Source of the DNA: an uncultured Rivularia sp.
GTDB lineage: Bacteria; Cyanobacteriota; Cyanobacteriia; Cyanobacteriales; Nostocaceae
DNA length: 64,000 nt
NCBI GenBank assembly: GCA_963665115.1
Contig: OY762007.1
Span: 3,712,001 to 3,776,000 of the forward strand
Direction: 5' to 3'
A model generated the notes under the pieces. It made no database searches. It worked only from the letters and a program-made list of their open reading frames with translations, and was not told where the DNA came from. Positions within the stretch are counted from its first letter, which is position 1. Each line of letters starts with the position of its first letter. This document shows positions 21,391 through 31,646 of this stretch, one piece after another. The translations under genes were made by a program, and so were the position numbers.

Positions 21391-21690
21391 ATGAGAATTA
21401 TTGATTTAAAATCTTCAGAACTAGTAGAAGTTCAAGAGAACATTATGGGCGGCGTATATAGTTATGCTTATGCTCAAACATATGCTTCATCAAACGTGGG
21501 TTTGGCACAAGCTAATGCAGCTGCTGTTGGAGAGGAAGCTTACACCTCTACAAATACTTCTACTGCTATTTATAACAGTTCTAATTCTACAATTACAGAT
21601 TCTTATGCAAGCGCAAATGCTTATGCGAAGAAAAATAAAAGCTACTCAAGTTCTTCTCACAACAGTATTTCCTTCTCTATATTTACTTAA
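21391..21690 (+). CDS. Double-glycine-leader small secreted protein, Ser/Ala/Tyr-rich core
   Basis: Leader MRIIDLKSSELVEVQENIMGG; core with AxAxAxAxG...TxTxT...SxSxS pattern shared with 22947 and 51240-52761. Confidence 0.8.
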   Translation: MRIIDLKSSELVEVQENIMGGVYSYAYAQTYASSNVGLAQANAAAVGEEAYTSTNTSTAIYNSSNSTITDSYASANAYAKKNKSYSSSSHNSISFSIFT

Positions 21691-21929
21691 TAGTTTATAT
21701 ATTCCAATTTTTTCAAAGTTCCCCTCCACTTAGAGTCCAGTATTCTCAATATTTTTCTATTGTATGAACGCTGGTTTTTAACTATTTATAACGCCCCTTT
21801 TTGGAAGAGAAGGGGTTATCTAATTAATACAGCGATAGAACCTACAGAAAATCCTCCCCGAAGTTTGGGGAGGGTGCGGGTAGTAGATATGGGTTTATAA
21901 CGGTAGCTTACCCGCATTTTAATATGAAT

Positions 21930-22080
21930 AGGACTTACGCAAAAGCAACGTAACTGCGTCATTACGAGCGACAGCGACGTATATGTCCTATCGGACACGC
22001 TCCGCTAACGCAAAAACCCTGCGATTGCTTCCCTACACTGCGTACCGATCGCAATGACAAATCTCCATAGCGTAAGTCCT
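21930..22080. mobile_element. MITE-like repeat (AGGACTTACGC...GCGTAAGTCCT)
   Basis: Perfect 11-bp terminal inverted repeat; same family as 11422-11514. Confidence 0.65.
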
Positions 22081-22156
22081 GATGAAGTATTTTGAGTTTT
22101 ATTATGCTCAAAACACCCAGTTTATCAGGACGGCTTATTATCTACATTGGCATCTT

Positions 22157-22351
22157 CTATTTACTAGAACAACTAGAACTCGATGTTGAAGAACTATTGT
22201 CATTATTACTTGTAGAAACATTAACAGAAACAGTTTGACTAGTTTTAGCTTCCTTATCGTCACTAGAGACTTTAGCTATACTTATTGCCTCTGCAAAACT
22301 GTTTCCTTTACGCGATATCATACGTTTCATTCTTGCTTGATACCGAACCAT
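22157..22351 (-). CDS. Small Ser-rich protein, apparent leaderless relative of the GG-protein core
   Basis: KGNSFAEAISIA...TSQTVSV...SSSTSSSS resembles KGNLATAESSANA...T.T...SHSNS; last gene of the small-gene run. Confidence 0.6.
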   Translation of the reverse strand: MVRYQARMKRMISRKGNSFAEAISIAKVSSDDKEAKTSQTVSVNVSTSNNDNSSSTSSSSCSSK

Positions 22352-22462
22352 ATTTTTAACCCTTTTTTCGCAAATTATTAAAAAAAGCTATTAAGAAACT
22401 ATCTGCTTCTACTTAATAGCTATTTTTTGATAAACCCAAGCTAAAAAAACTGAATTGAACAG

Positions 22463-22783
22463 CTATAAAATTTGAGCGCTGTATGCAAAAGACCTCGCAA
22501 CTTTACTATCGCTATATTCACTACTTTGTAAAGTAGCAGCTACAGTCAAGCTATTCTCCGTTTTATTAGACATCATGATTCCAGTAGCACCTGTTTCTTT
22601 GTCTTCGATGAATTGTGTCTTATATCCACTATTTATATCTAACAATGTCTCATCCTGTATCCCTAAATAATAAGAAGGACGTAATATTAGACGGGAATAT
22701 ATCAACATTCCACCTTGCACGCTTCGTTCATCCTGAAGCTCTGTATCACAAAAACTAAGATCCGAAATTTTTAATCTTTTCAT
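22463..22783 (-). CDS. Double-glycine-leader small secreted protein (divergent core)
   Basis: Leader MKRLKISDLSFCDTELQDERSVQGG shares ISDL...V.GG; GTG at 22789 is an alternative start. Confidence 0.75.
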   Translation of the reverse strand: MKRLKISDLSFCDTELQDERSVQGGMLIYSRLILRPSYYLGIQDETLLDINSGYKTQFIEDKETGATGIMMSNKTENSLTVAATLQSSEYSDSKVARSFAYSAQIL

Positions 22784-22946
22784 AAACACCCTTTTGGCAA
22801 AAGTTATATCGCCAAAAGCTTCTAGAATAAAGCTTTCAGCGATATGAACGATATTCTTTTTTTTTTAATCAATCTACTTCACATACAGACTAAAAAGAAT
22901 AAGAGTTAAACGAGTTTGTAGAAGCCTCGTTTAACCCAAACAGGTA

Positions 22947-23207
22947 CTAGTCTACAGCTGCGAATGAACCAGAACTAGAACCGGAAGAGTGATTGTCAGC
23001 ATATGTGTCAGTGAAAGTCTTTGTGAAAGACTTCCTGCCGAATGCTCTAGAATCTGCAAAAGCTTCAGCAGAATTATCTTCTAAGTCTATTTTGGTTTTT
23101 ACATTGAGCTTCACGAAATCGTTTTGATAGTAAGAGTAGAAGCCAAAACCACCAACAACTTCAGTTCCTTCAACAGCTTCCAAGTGATTTAAATCTAAAA
23201 TATTCAT
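22947..23207 (-). CDS. Double-glycine-leader small secreted protein (putative major substrate of module 1)
   Basis: Leader MNILDLNHLEAVEGTEVVGG; 66-aa core homologous to 51240-52761; AGGAG RBS. Confidence 0.88.
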   Translation of the reverse strand: MNILDLNHLEAVEGTEVVGGFGFYSYYQNDFVKLNVKTKIDLEDNSAEAFADSRAFGRKSFTKTFTDTYADNHSSGSSSGSFAAVD

Positions 23208-23246
23208 GAGATTCTCCTGGGAATTAATTAATGTTTTCTGGGAATT

Positions 23247-23310
23247 AATGTAAGCGTTTTTGTTTGCTGCTTACATTTATAAATATAGATATTTTTTTAG
23301 AGTAAGTCAA
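23247..23310 (-). promoter_or_regulatory. Promoter TTGACT-17-TATATT followed by AATGTAAGC...GCTTACATT inverted repeat
   Basis: -35 at 23310-23305, -10 at 23287-23282, inverted repeat 23247-23277; same layout at 52801-52862. Confidence 0.75.
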
Positions 23311-23569
23311 GCTTTTTCTATTTATTTCATATTACTTAATACTAGTATTGTTTTGTATTATTGAGCAGCACGAATTGAGCATCATTAATTTATGCTCGTA
23401 ATAAATTATTCGTCATATAAAATGATTTAACGTCTAATTTCGATATAAAGCATATAAGAATCTAAATTTTGTTCATTTATTAATCAAATTTATTTTGAGG
23501 AATGTAACTAATAACTTGACTGTCAAATACTCGATCCTGTACTTTACAAATTGTTTTTCTATATGTAAC

Positions 23570-24355
23570 TTAAGCCTGTTTGATAATCTCTTTGTTCAAT
23601 GAAATATTAACAAGATTATCTTCTAGTTGAGCATTAATTTGCAGATGTTGAATTTGTTGCTTCAACCAACCATTAAATAAATCTGAAATAATTTGCTCCC
23701 GTAGCTGTTCATCTAATTTGGGTTGAATAATTTCTTCAACCCAAATTAAATAAACACCTTTAGGACTTACAATTGGCTTAATAATTTCCGGTGGAGTAGC
23801 AGCAAATACACTACTCGCAATTTCCGGACGAAAATCTTTGCGCCGTTGAATTCCCTGATATCCACCAGCACGACGCAATTCTGGAATTGGAATATATTCG
23901 CGAGCAATTTCCGGGAAAGTCAATTCATTTTCTTGCAGCGCGTAAAACAGTTCCAAAGCCAAGTCATAATTATCAAAAATGACTTCATAGGTAACAGCTT
24001 TTACGAAATCAAGTTGATTTTGATAAAAGAATGCTTCGACTTTATCGGTAAATAAGTGATGTGCTACTTTCTTGGCAAGCACGTTGTTATAAACTAATTC
24101 TTCAAACTCATCGATAGAAAGATGATGAGCTTTCAACCATGCCCAAGTATCAGCTGCTTTGACAAGTTTTTTCGCGAATCTCAGCCTATCTCCTTCTTGC
24201 TGTAATTCTTCATCATCAACTGTAATACCTGCTGTACTAGCAACATCAGCAATAATTTTTCGAGTCGCTATCCCCTCTACTATGTGAGGAATCTGGCAAG
24301 ACATCTTCAAATGATGGATTACGTCTTTAGATGATATGGATAAAGTATTTTTCAT
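23570..24355 (-). CDS. PpiC/rotamase-type foldase-like protein, no signal peptide (module 1)
   Basis: SurA/PrsA-like helical N-terminus plus LTFPEIAREY...RRAGGYQG...IIKPIVSPKGVYLI. Confidence 0.85.
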   Translation of the reverse strand: MKNTLSISSKDVIHHLKMSCQIPHIVEGIATRKIIADVASTAGITVDDEELQQEGDRLRFAKKLVKAADTWAWLKAHHLSIDEFEELVYNNVLAKKVAHHLFTDKVEAFFYQNQLDFVKAVTYEVIFDNYDLALELFYALQENELTFPEIAREYIPIPELRRAGGYQGIQRRKDFRPEIASSVFAATPPEIIKPIVSPKGVYLIWVEEIIQPKLDEQLREQIISDLFNGWLKQQIQHLQINAQLEDNLVNISLNKEIIKQA

Positions 24356-24359
24356 AATT

Positions 24360-24545
24360 GGTAATTGTTAATTGGTAATTGGTAATTGGGAATAGTTAAG
24401 AGTTGTAAAACAATGAGTAGTGGGAGCATCTTGCTCCCTGCCTACCCCCTCTCCTTATCTCCTTGTCTCCTTGTCTCCTTGTCTTCTTGTCTTCTTGTCT
24501 TCTTGTCTTCTTGTCTCCTTGTCTCCTTGTCTCCTTATCTCCCTG
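24360..24545. repeat. GGTAATT heptamers, GGGAGCATCTTGCTCCC palindrome and CTTGTCT(C) array
   Basis: Visible tandem arrays between hlyD and the foldase gene. Confidence 0.9.
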
Positions 24546-24550
24546 CTCTC

Positions 24551-26104
24551 TCAAACCTCCAATCCTCCTTTTTGCAATTTCTTAAATGGATCTAACAGAA
24601 AATCAATTAAGCGCCGCTGACGAACAATCACCTCAGCATTTGCAGTTTGCCCAGGGGTTAGGGGAATGCGTCGCGATCCATTTTCGATATACGGCTTATC
24701 AAGTGTGATTCTTAATTCATAAATTTCTGCACTACCTGGGGTTGTTGCTTCAACTTTTGAATCTGGGGAAATCCAACTGACTTTACCCGGTAAAACTCCA
24801 TACTCTTGGAAAGGGTAGGCATCAAACTTCACTTTTACCGGCATTCCCGTTTTCAATAAGCCGGTTTCCTTAACTGGCATTTGAGCTTTCAAAACAAAAC
24901 CGCTATCTTTGGGGGCAATTCTGGCAATTCTTTGTCCGGGTTGTAACACTTCTCCCGGCTTGGATACGGGTAACTCAAAAACTATGCCATCAATTGGCGA
25001 TCGCACTATTCGCTGTTGTATCTGAATGTTTAAAGAAGTTATCTCGCTTTTGGTTTGAGCAATTTCCGATTTCGTAGAATTTATTTGCCTTTGCAAATCT
25101 TTTAGTTGCTCTTGAGTCTTTAACAGAGTGAGCTTTCCGGCATTGACTGCACTTTGATAACTGCTCTGTTGCTCAGATAAACGCAGTTTTGCTTGTTCAA
25201 TATCAGACTGCAACTGATTCATTGTTGTCTGATAGCGATTTGTTTCTTCAGCTAAACGGAATTGAGCTTGCTTAATGTCCGATTCAGTTTTCTCGTAAGC
25301 TCGCTTGCTTTCTTGTCGTTGTTTTCTTAGCCGATCGATTTGGGCAGCGGAAACAGCACCATCTTGCAAAAGTTTGCTGTAGCGCTCTACTTGTTTTCGA
25401 TCTATCCCTAAACTCACTGCTGCCGATTTACGTTCGTCTTCTAAAGTTTGAATCTGCTGTTTAGCTTGATTTACTAATGCTTGTTTCTCTAAATTTTGTA
25501 GTTTATAGGTACTCTGCTTGGCATTTAAATCTTGAATAGCTTGATTAACCTGAGCTTTTTTCTCCAAAGCTTGAGACTGGTTTTGTTGCTCTTGGGTGCT
25601 AGCTGTCAACTCTATTTGCTTCTTGAGCAGTTCTAATTGCGATACCTGATTTTGAAACCCCGCCAACTTTTCCTTTGTCCGTTCCAACTCTGACTTAACT
25701 GTATCGTTATCTAGTTGTAAAAGAATTTGTCCGGCTCTAACTTTATCTCCTTCTTTTACCTTCACAGCAGTAACACTACCGCCAGCGATACTGTCTAATT
25801 TGCGAATCGATCCTAATGGTTCTATCCTTCCTCTAGCGCTACCAGTTTCATCAACAGTAGAAACCATCGACCAAGGCAATCCAACAGCAAGAAAGCCAAC
25901 AAAAACATAGATTAAAGAACGGCTCCAGACTTTTGGTAAAGCATCTAGAAGTTCCTCGGTACCATAGTGTAAATTTTCGGATGTTTCTACAACCTCTGGC
26001 GATGATTGCTCCTTTGTATCTTCCTCATAGGGAGGCGATGGAGTGTAAGCAAGATATTCATCCTTCCTCGCCAGAGATGATGAATTGTGGTGTGCGTGCG
26101 GCAT
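24551..26104 (-). CDS. HlyD-family type I secretion membrane fusion protein (module 1)
   Basis: N-terminal TM, VKVKEGDKVRAGQ, long coiled coil, VRSPIDG, VKFDAYPFQEYG, LTPGQTANAEV. Confidence 0.95.
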   Translation of the reverse strand: MPHAHHNSSSLARKDEYLAYTPSPPYEEDTKEQSSPEVVETSENLHYGTEELLDALPKVWSRSLIYVFVGFLAVGLPWSMVSTVDETGSARGRIEPLGSIRKLDSIAGGSVTAVKVKEGDKVRAGQILLQLDNDTVKSELERTKEKLAGFQNQVSQLELLKKQIELTASTQEQQNQSQALEKKAQVNQAIQDLNAKQSTYKLQNLEKQALVNQAKQQIQTLEDERKSAAVSLGIDRKQVERYSKLLQDGAVSAAQIDRLRKQRQESKRAYEKTESDIKQAQFRLAEETNRYQTTMNQLQSDIEQAKLRLSEQQSSYQSAVNAGKLTLLKTQEQLKDLQRQINSTKSEIAQTKSEITSLNIQIQQRIVRSPIDGIVFELPVSKPGEVLQPGQRIARIAPKDSGFVLKAQMPVKETGLLKTGMPVKVKFDAYPFQEYGVLPGKVSWISPDSKVEATTPGSAEIYELRITLDKPYIENGSRRIPLTPGQTANAEVIVRQRRLIDFLLDPFKKLQKGGLEV

Positions 26105-26213
26105 AATCAGTTACCAATTATCAGTTATCAATTATCAGTTAAGAGTTAGAAACCATTTGTAGTGGGAGCATCTTGCTCCCTAGCTGCTTTTTAATGCCCA
26201 ATGCCCAATCCAT

Positions 26214-29200
26214 CTACCCCACATTTGCTAATTGCTGCTGGTTAAGATAGTAGTAATGACCTTTTTTGGCAATCAATTCGTCGTGTGTACCACTTTCTAT
26301 CAATATGCCTTTATCCAAAACTAGGATTAAATCGGCATTGCGTACTGTAGAAAGACGGTGAGCAATGATTAAGCTAGTACGTCCTTTAAGAATTGTTTTT
26401 AAATTGTTTTGAATTATACGTTCGGTTTCGGCATCTAAACTACTGGTTGCTTCGTCGAAAATTAATAATTGAGGATTACCTAACAAAGCACGAGCGATTA
26501 CGAGACGTTGCCGTTGTCCTCCAGATAACATTCCCCCACCTTCACCGATTTCATTTTCGTAACCCATCGGTAATTGCTGGATAAATTCATCTGCTCCGGC
26601 CAAACGCGCTGCTTCGACAATTTCTTCTAAAGCAGCTTCCGGGTGAGCAACACTAATGTTTTCTCGGATGGTTCCGCCAAATAAGAAGGTATTTTGGTCT
26701 ACTACACCTACTTGACGACGCAGGGATTTTAAGGCAATTTTCGATACATCATGACCGTCAATTAAAACCTTGCCTTCTGTTGGAGGATATAAGCCTAAAA
26801 TTAGCTTTGACAGTGTAGTTTTCCCAGAACCGCTACGTCCTACTACTGCGATGGTTTGCTCTGGTAGAATTTCAAAGCTGAGATTCTCTAAAACGTTAAC
26901 TTCGCTTTCCGGATGATAGCGGAAGCTAACGTTATCAAAGCGAATATTACCGCGAAGTTTAGATATATGTTTGCGGGGGGATGCAAGCAAATTTTCTTCT
27001 GCTTCAGCTTCTAAGACATCATTAATCCGTTCGGTAGAAATCATAATTTCTTGGAATTGATTCCATACTCCCGAAAGTCGCTTAAAAGGACTGAGAACGT
27101 TGCCCATCAACATATTGAAGGCAATTAATTGTCCGATGGTAAGTTGATTTTGAATCACTAAATAAGCGCCAAACCACAACAGAACCGTACTGCTTATGGT
27201 ATCGATACTGCCGCTAATAATTTGTAATCTTGTACCAATTATCTTGGCTCGAAAGCTTTTTTTGATGACATTATTTAATAATTCTTCCCACTTCCAGCGC
27301 ACTGTATCTTCGATCGCCATACTCCGCACGGAACGAATACCCGTCAGAGATTGAATTAAATAGCTGTTTTGTTCGGCACTAGCATTAAAAATCTCTCTTG
27401 ACATTTTTCGGAGAATGCTGGTACTCGCCAGCGCCAAAATAAAAAATGGCGGCACTATCAAAAGTACTAACAATGTTAGCTGCACGTTGTACCAAAACAT
27501 CACAGCTAAATAAACAACTATCGTAATTAAATCGAGAACTATTGATAGTGTTTCGCCAGTCAAAAAACTCTGAATCTTGCTATTTTCTTGAATTCGGGAA
27601 GTTATATCGCCGACGTAACGTGACTCGAAGTAAGACAAAGGCAAGCTAAAAGTATGTTTGAGAAACCCTACCAGCATAGCGACGCTAATCCGGTTGGCGG
27701 TGTGATACAGCAAATACGAACGCACCGCATTAACCGCGATGCTGAAGAAACCAAAGATTAATAACCCCAAACCAACCGCGTTTAGAGTAGATATACTACC
27801 TTGAACAATTACTTTGTCTAATAAAAATTGCGTAAATAGCGGCGTAATCAACCCAAATACTTGCAGCAATATCGAAGCCATGAATACTTCAAACAGTACC
27901 GCATAATGAGGTTTGATTAATTCATAAAACCTCCAAACGCCACCTATCTCTTCTTGGGCTTCTTTGAGTCTAAGTGTCGGTTGCAACAACAATGCATAAC
28001 CAGTCCACTTGTCTTTAAACTCTGCATGAGGAATACTGCGTTGCCCAATGGCTGGATCGCAAACTATAACGTGTTTTTTATTGATTTCGTAGACAACAAT
28101 ATAATGCTTGCTTTCCCAGTGAGCAATTGCCGGTAAAGACTGTTGCGCCAATTTATCAAAGCTGGCTTTTACGGGTTTGCTCGCAAAGCCGATACTTTCG
28201 GCAGCAGCAGCCAAACTCCGCAAGGATGCACCACTGCGGTTGACATTGGCAATATCTCGCACGCGATTAACAGCCAACCGTCTACCCCAATGTCTGGCAA
28301 TCATTACCAAACAAGCGCAACCACAGTCGGAAGCACTTTGTTGGGCAAAGAAAGTATATTGCTTGCTAAAGCGTTCCCATATATGTTTAGCCTTGGTTTT
28401 AGGGCTGGGGAAGTAGGGTTTAGCTTTTTTCTGGGCTGAGGAAGAAGGGAATGGGATAACTTTCCGATTGCTAGCAATTTGCTCAGTTTGAGGAAATGTC
28501 TTATTATTCTGGTTCCTAGAACGAAATTCACGGGGTGAAAATTGCTCTGATGGATTGATCCAGGCTCGCAACTCGTTCCATTCTTCCAGAGCTAATTGCA
28601 AGTTAGAATTTTTAAGACTATAAACAATAGTTGGTTGCGTTACTTCCCATTTTCCATCGGTATCTTTATCTGTATAAATATTTCCTGGAGTTAAAATTCT
28701 ATTTGCGGCGTTTTTTATCTCTCCTCGTCGTAACAGCAATAATTTATTATCCTCAAATAGTTGAAGAGTACTTCCCCCAACTTCAATACGATACCGCTCA
28801 CATAAATAGAGAGCCTTGAATATTTCCTCCGTGGAGGAACTAAGCGGTAGTTGTGAATTCTGACGGCACAGTAGCAATATGTCCCAAAATTCTGCACGTC
28901 TGTAGAAACGCTCTCGAATTTGAGGATGCTTTTCCATTAAGCCATATAACGCTTCACCGCTGATAAAGCAAAGTTTCAAAGAAGTTGAAGCCCTTGCAGT
29001 CAAGTTAATAAAATTTTGTTCGCCAAACAAACTCTGTTCGCCAAAGGATGCACCACAAGAAACGGTTGCGATTAAATTATCCGAATCATCAAGAAGTCGA
29101 ACTTTACCCGCAAGCACTATAAAAATACCGGGTTTTGCTTCGGGCGATCGCCAAAATAACTTTGCTACTTTCGGTTCGATGATTTCTATTTTCTTCAAGC

Positions 29201-29291
29201 AGCTTTGTATATCTTGCTCTGTCAGGCTTTCACCCAAAGTTGCGATAATTGTATGACATAGCTGCTCTTGAGATAATACATCTTGCATCAT
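26214..29291 (-). CDS. Peptidase-containing ABC transporter (cNMP-binding-like, C39, TMD, NBD), module 1
   Basis: FGE cNMP-like domain; QQSASDCG, AHWESKHY, VCDP (C39 triad); GRSGSGKT, LSGGQRQR, FDEATS, IAHRLST. Confidence 0.95.
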   Translation of the reverse strand: MMQDVLSQEQLCHTIIATLGESLTEQDIQSCLKKIEIIEPKVAKLFWRSPEAKPGIFIVLAGKVRLLDDSDNLIATVSCGASFGEQSLFGEQNFINLTARASTSLKLCFISGEALYGLMEKHPQIRERFYRRAEFWDILLLCRQNSQLPLSSSTEEIFKALYLCERYRIEVGGSTLQLFEDNKLLLLRRGEIKNAANRILTPGNIYTDKDTDGKWEVTQPTIVYSLKNSNLQLALEEWNELRAWINPSEQFSPREFRSRNQNNKTFPQTEQIASNRKVIPFPSSSAQKKAKPYFPSPKTKAKHIWERFSKQYTFFAQQSASDCGCACLVMIARHWGRRLAVNRVRDIANVNRSGASLRSLAAAAESIGFASKPVKASFDKLAQQSLPAIAHWESKHYIVVYEINKKHVIVCDPAIGQRSIPHAEFKDKWTGYALLLQPTLRLKEAQEEIGGVWRFYELIKPHYAVLFEVFMASILLQVFGLITPLFTQFLLDKVIVQGSISTLNAVGLGLLIFGFFSIAVNAVRSYLLYHTANRISVAMLVGFLKHTFSLPLSYFESRYVGDITSRIQENSKIQSFLTGETLSIVLDLITIVVYLAVMFWYNVQLTLLVLLIVPPFFILALASTSILRKMSREIFNASAEQNSYLIQSLTGIRSVRSMAIEDTVRWKWEELLNNVIKKSFRAKIIGTRLQIISGSIDTISSTVLLWFGAYLVIQNQLTIGQLIAFNMLMGNVLSPFKRLSGVWNQFQEIMISTERINDVLEAEAEENLLASPRKHISKLRGNIRFDNVSFRYHPESEVNVLENLSFEILPEQTIAVVGRSGSGKTTLSKLILGLYPPTEGKVLIDGHDVSKIALKSLRRQVGVVDQNTFLFGGTIRENISVAHPEAALEEIVEAARLAGADEFIQQLPMGYENEIGEGGGMLSGGQRQRLVIARALLGNPQLLIFDEATSSLDAETERIIQNNLKTILKGRTSLIIAHRLSTVRNADLILVLDKGILIESGTHDELIAKKGHYYYLNQQQLANVG

Positions 29292-29785
29292 TTCCCTACC
29301 TCTACCACAGCGTATTCAACTGCTTGCAATTCGCAGATGTATTGCTCCCTGTCTAAAAGTTTCAATTTTTGGGATAAATATTTACATGACAATACAACTA
29401 TGTAAGTGTCAAATATATAACAATCACCGTAGTAGCTCGAAAGCTGAGGTAGAAGCTTTATTAACCATTGAATAGATTGATAATTAAAATCCTTGAGTGT
29501 ACCAATTGAAAGATGACACAATTTACAAGTTAGAGCAAAATACGCCCAAGTGTTGCAACAGAAGGACATCTGCTGGAAAAATATTAGTTTTTTACAGATT
29601 TGAGTTTGAAATTTACTCATACTCATATCTGTCTGCAACATAATTTCAATTTGCCGAGAATATTCTACCCGTAAACTCGGAGGTAAACTTTTTAACAAAT
29701 TCTTCAGCCTACAAGTACTTAATAACTTGTATTGCAAGGAACAGAATCCTGCAAAAACTTGTAGGAAACTAAATTGATGTGACAT
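29288..29785 (-). CDS. Degenerate helix-turn-helix-like protein overlapping the PCAT start
   Basis: ATGA overlap with PCAT; LLKSL...LRVEYSRQIEIML..D...QTQICKKL resembles, from memory, IS630-HTH-like proteins found beside cyanobacterial PCAT genes. Confidence 0.45.
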   Translation of the reverse strand: MSHQFSFLQVFAGFCSLQYKLLSTCRLKNLLKSLPPSLRVEYSRQIEIMLQTDMSMSKFQTQICKKLIFFQQMSFCCNTWAYFALTCKLCHLSIGTLKDFNYQSIQWLIKLLPQLSSYYGDCYIFDTYIVVLSCKYLSQKLKLLDREQYICELQAVEYAVVEVGK

Positions 29786-31421
29786 AATTTGTATATGTTG
29801 CTGTCAGTAGTAACGCATCGCTGTAGGTTATATCCCCGCCAAGGTTCTACAGCTATGCATAATTTGCTTTTACGATGTGCGACTAACCTCGGGAGCTTTC
29901 CCTCTAACTTTGCAAGAGTTTAGGGGGATTATCCTCTGGTTGATATAAATAATTACATTTCATAGTTTTCTCATAAAAACGATTTCCTCATTTGAATAAT
30001 GAATTTTTACAGTACTTGAGTTCTGACAAACTTCGATCGTCTAATAAGCATTGTACGGTTGCTTATCATTACTTGTTAAGCTTTTCTCTTAAAGTTTTGT
30101 ATCTTACCAAGCTTAATTAAAAAGAAAATCTTCATAATTAAAGCCTGCAAAGTTAGTTTCGATCGAGAAGAGTCTGAACCTTTGCGCTTGAAGCTTAGAG
30201 CAATAGTATTAAGCAACCTTAAGCATTTCAAGCTCCCTTACAAATATATGGGTACTTTTTAATTTATTTATGCAATATGCTTCTAATCTATGATGTTTTG
30301 CACCATTTGCATAAGCCTGTAAAACGCTAGAGATATAAAGGTTCTAGAGACTAAAAAGATGTTTGATATCTTAAGTTAAATTTAAACTCTGGATCGAGTA
30401 GAAGTTCTTAAACAGTCAAAATAATACAAAGCAAACAGTTTTATCCTGCTTAGAAACAATCATTTTTCTTATATGCATAGGCAATAATCTATGGTTTGCA
30501 GCCAAGCTATATCAGTCATTAATCAATGTTATTTCTGACTTCTGCAAAAGGAAGGTGATAGGTTTGCGAAGATATCCCAAACTATATTCATGTCTTTCTC
30601 GAATTGCTGAAAACACGGGTAGCTAGAGCCAAATGCTACTACCGCAAATTTTTCATTTTCAAATTATCACTTATCCAAGGCTTCCAAAGCAGCAGTTCAA
30701 ACTTGAAAGTGAAAAATTAACATATATTTACGGTCAAAAACCATAAATATGCTCCATCTAAAGAAAGACTGCAATCGACTTTTACAGAACTTGCCTATGA
30801 GTCAGGGGATTAATGTCCAATTACTTTCTATAGTCTAGAAACCGCGCAAAAGGCAGTTTTCTTGGAGAATAGTAGTCCCCCACACCTTTTCGATACCAAT
30901 ATCTTTAATAGTAGATTACTGAACGCCATGTCAAGAGTTTATCATAAAAAAAAACCAGACATCATACAAAAACTACAGTATCTTCATGAAAACTTTAAAT
31001 AAACCAAACCTTAATTTATTATTAAAAACGATAGCTGTTCTATTAACCTAAAAACACAAAATTAACTTAGTTAATAAATCATTCTAATAAAGCTATCAAA
31101 ATAATTAATATACAGGCAAAAAGTTATTAAACTTAATAGTCGAAAGGGATAATTTTCGTCCTAATGATACATAGCAAAAAAGGATAAAATAGACATCTAT
31201 CAATAGACACATTAATGCTATTCAAAGTGACTTATACAATATAGAATATGACATCTATCATAAGTAACAAATTTGTAAAAGGTTCAAAAAGTATGTAAAG
31301 TGTGTCAGTAATATAAAAGATTTAGTCTTGTTTGTAAACGTTTATTACTGTACTTAGAGCAATACCACATATATATATTTTTTTTTATTTTTTTAATTAA
31401 TAATGTTGGTTATTCACTACA

Positions 31422-31646
31422 TATAGCAATCCGAATTTAAACGTGAGAAAACACGTAAATGTAGGATTGAAATAATAAGTAAAATTTTATTCATGCCTGG
31501 CGACTATAAGTCGCGGCTACACAGACAAAACCTGCCCTGCGCGGGTTATTTGATTAAGTCCACGCAGGTGGACTTAGTTTGTGTAGTAGCGGTTTCAACC
31601 GCCAGCTAATTTATCAATTTCTCACAAATCATTTAGGATTGCTATA
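31422..31646. mobile_element. MITE-like element with TA-flanked TAGCAATCC...GGATTGCTA ends
   Basis: Terminal inverted repeat plus subterminal GTGAGAAA/TTTCTCAC; internal REP-like hairpins such as AAGTCCAC-GCAG-GTGGACTT. Confidence 0.7.
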
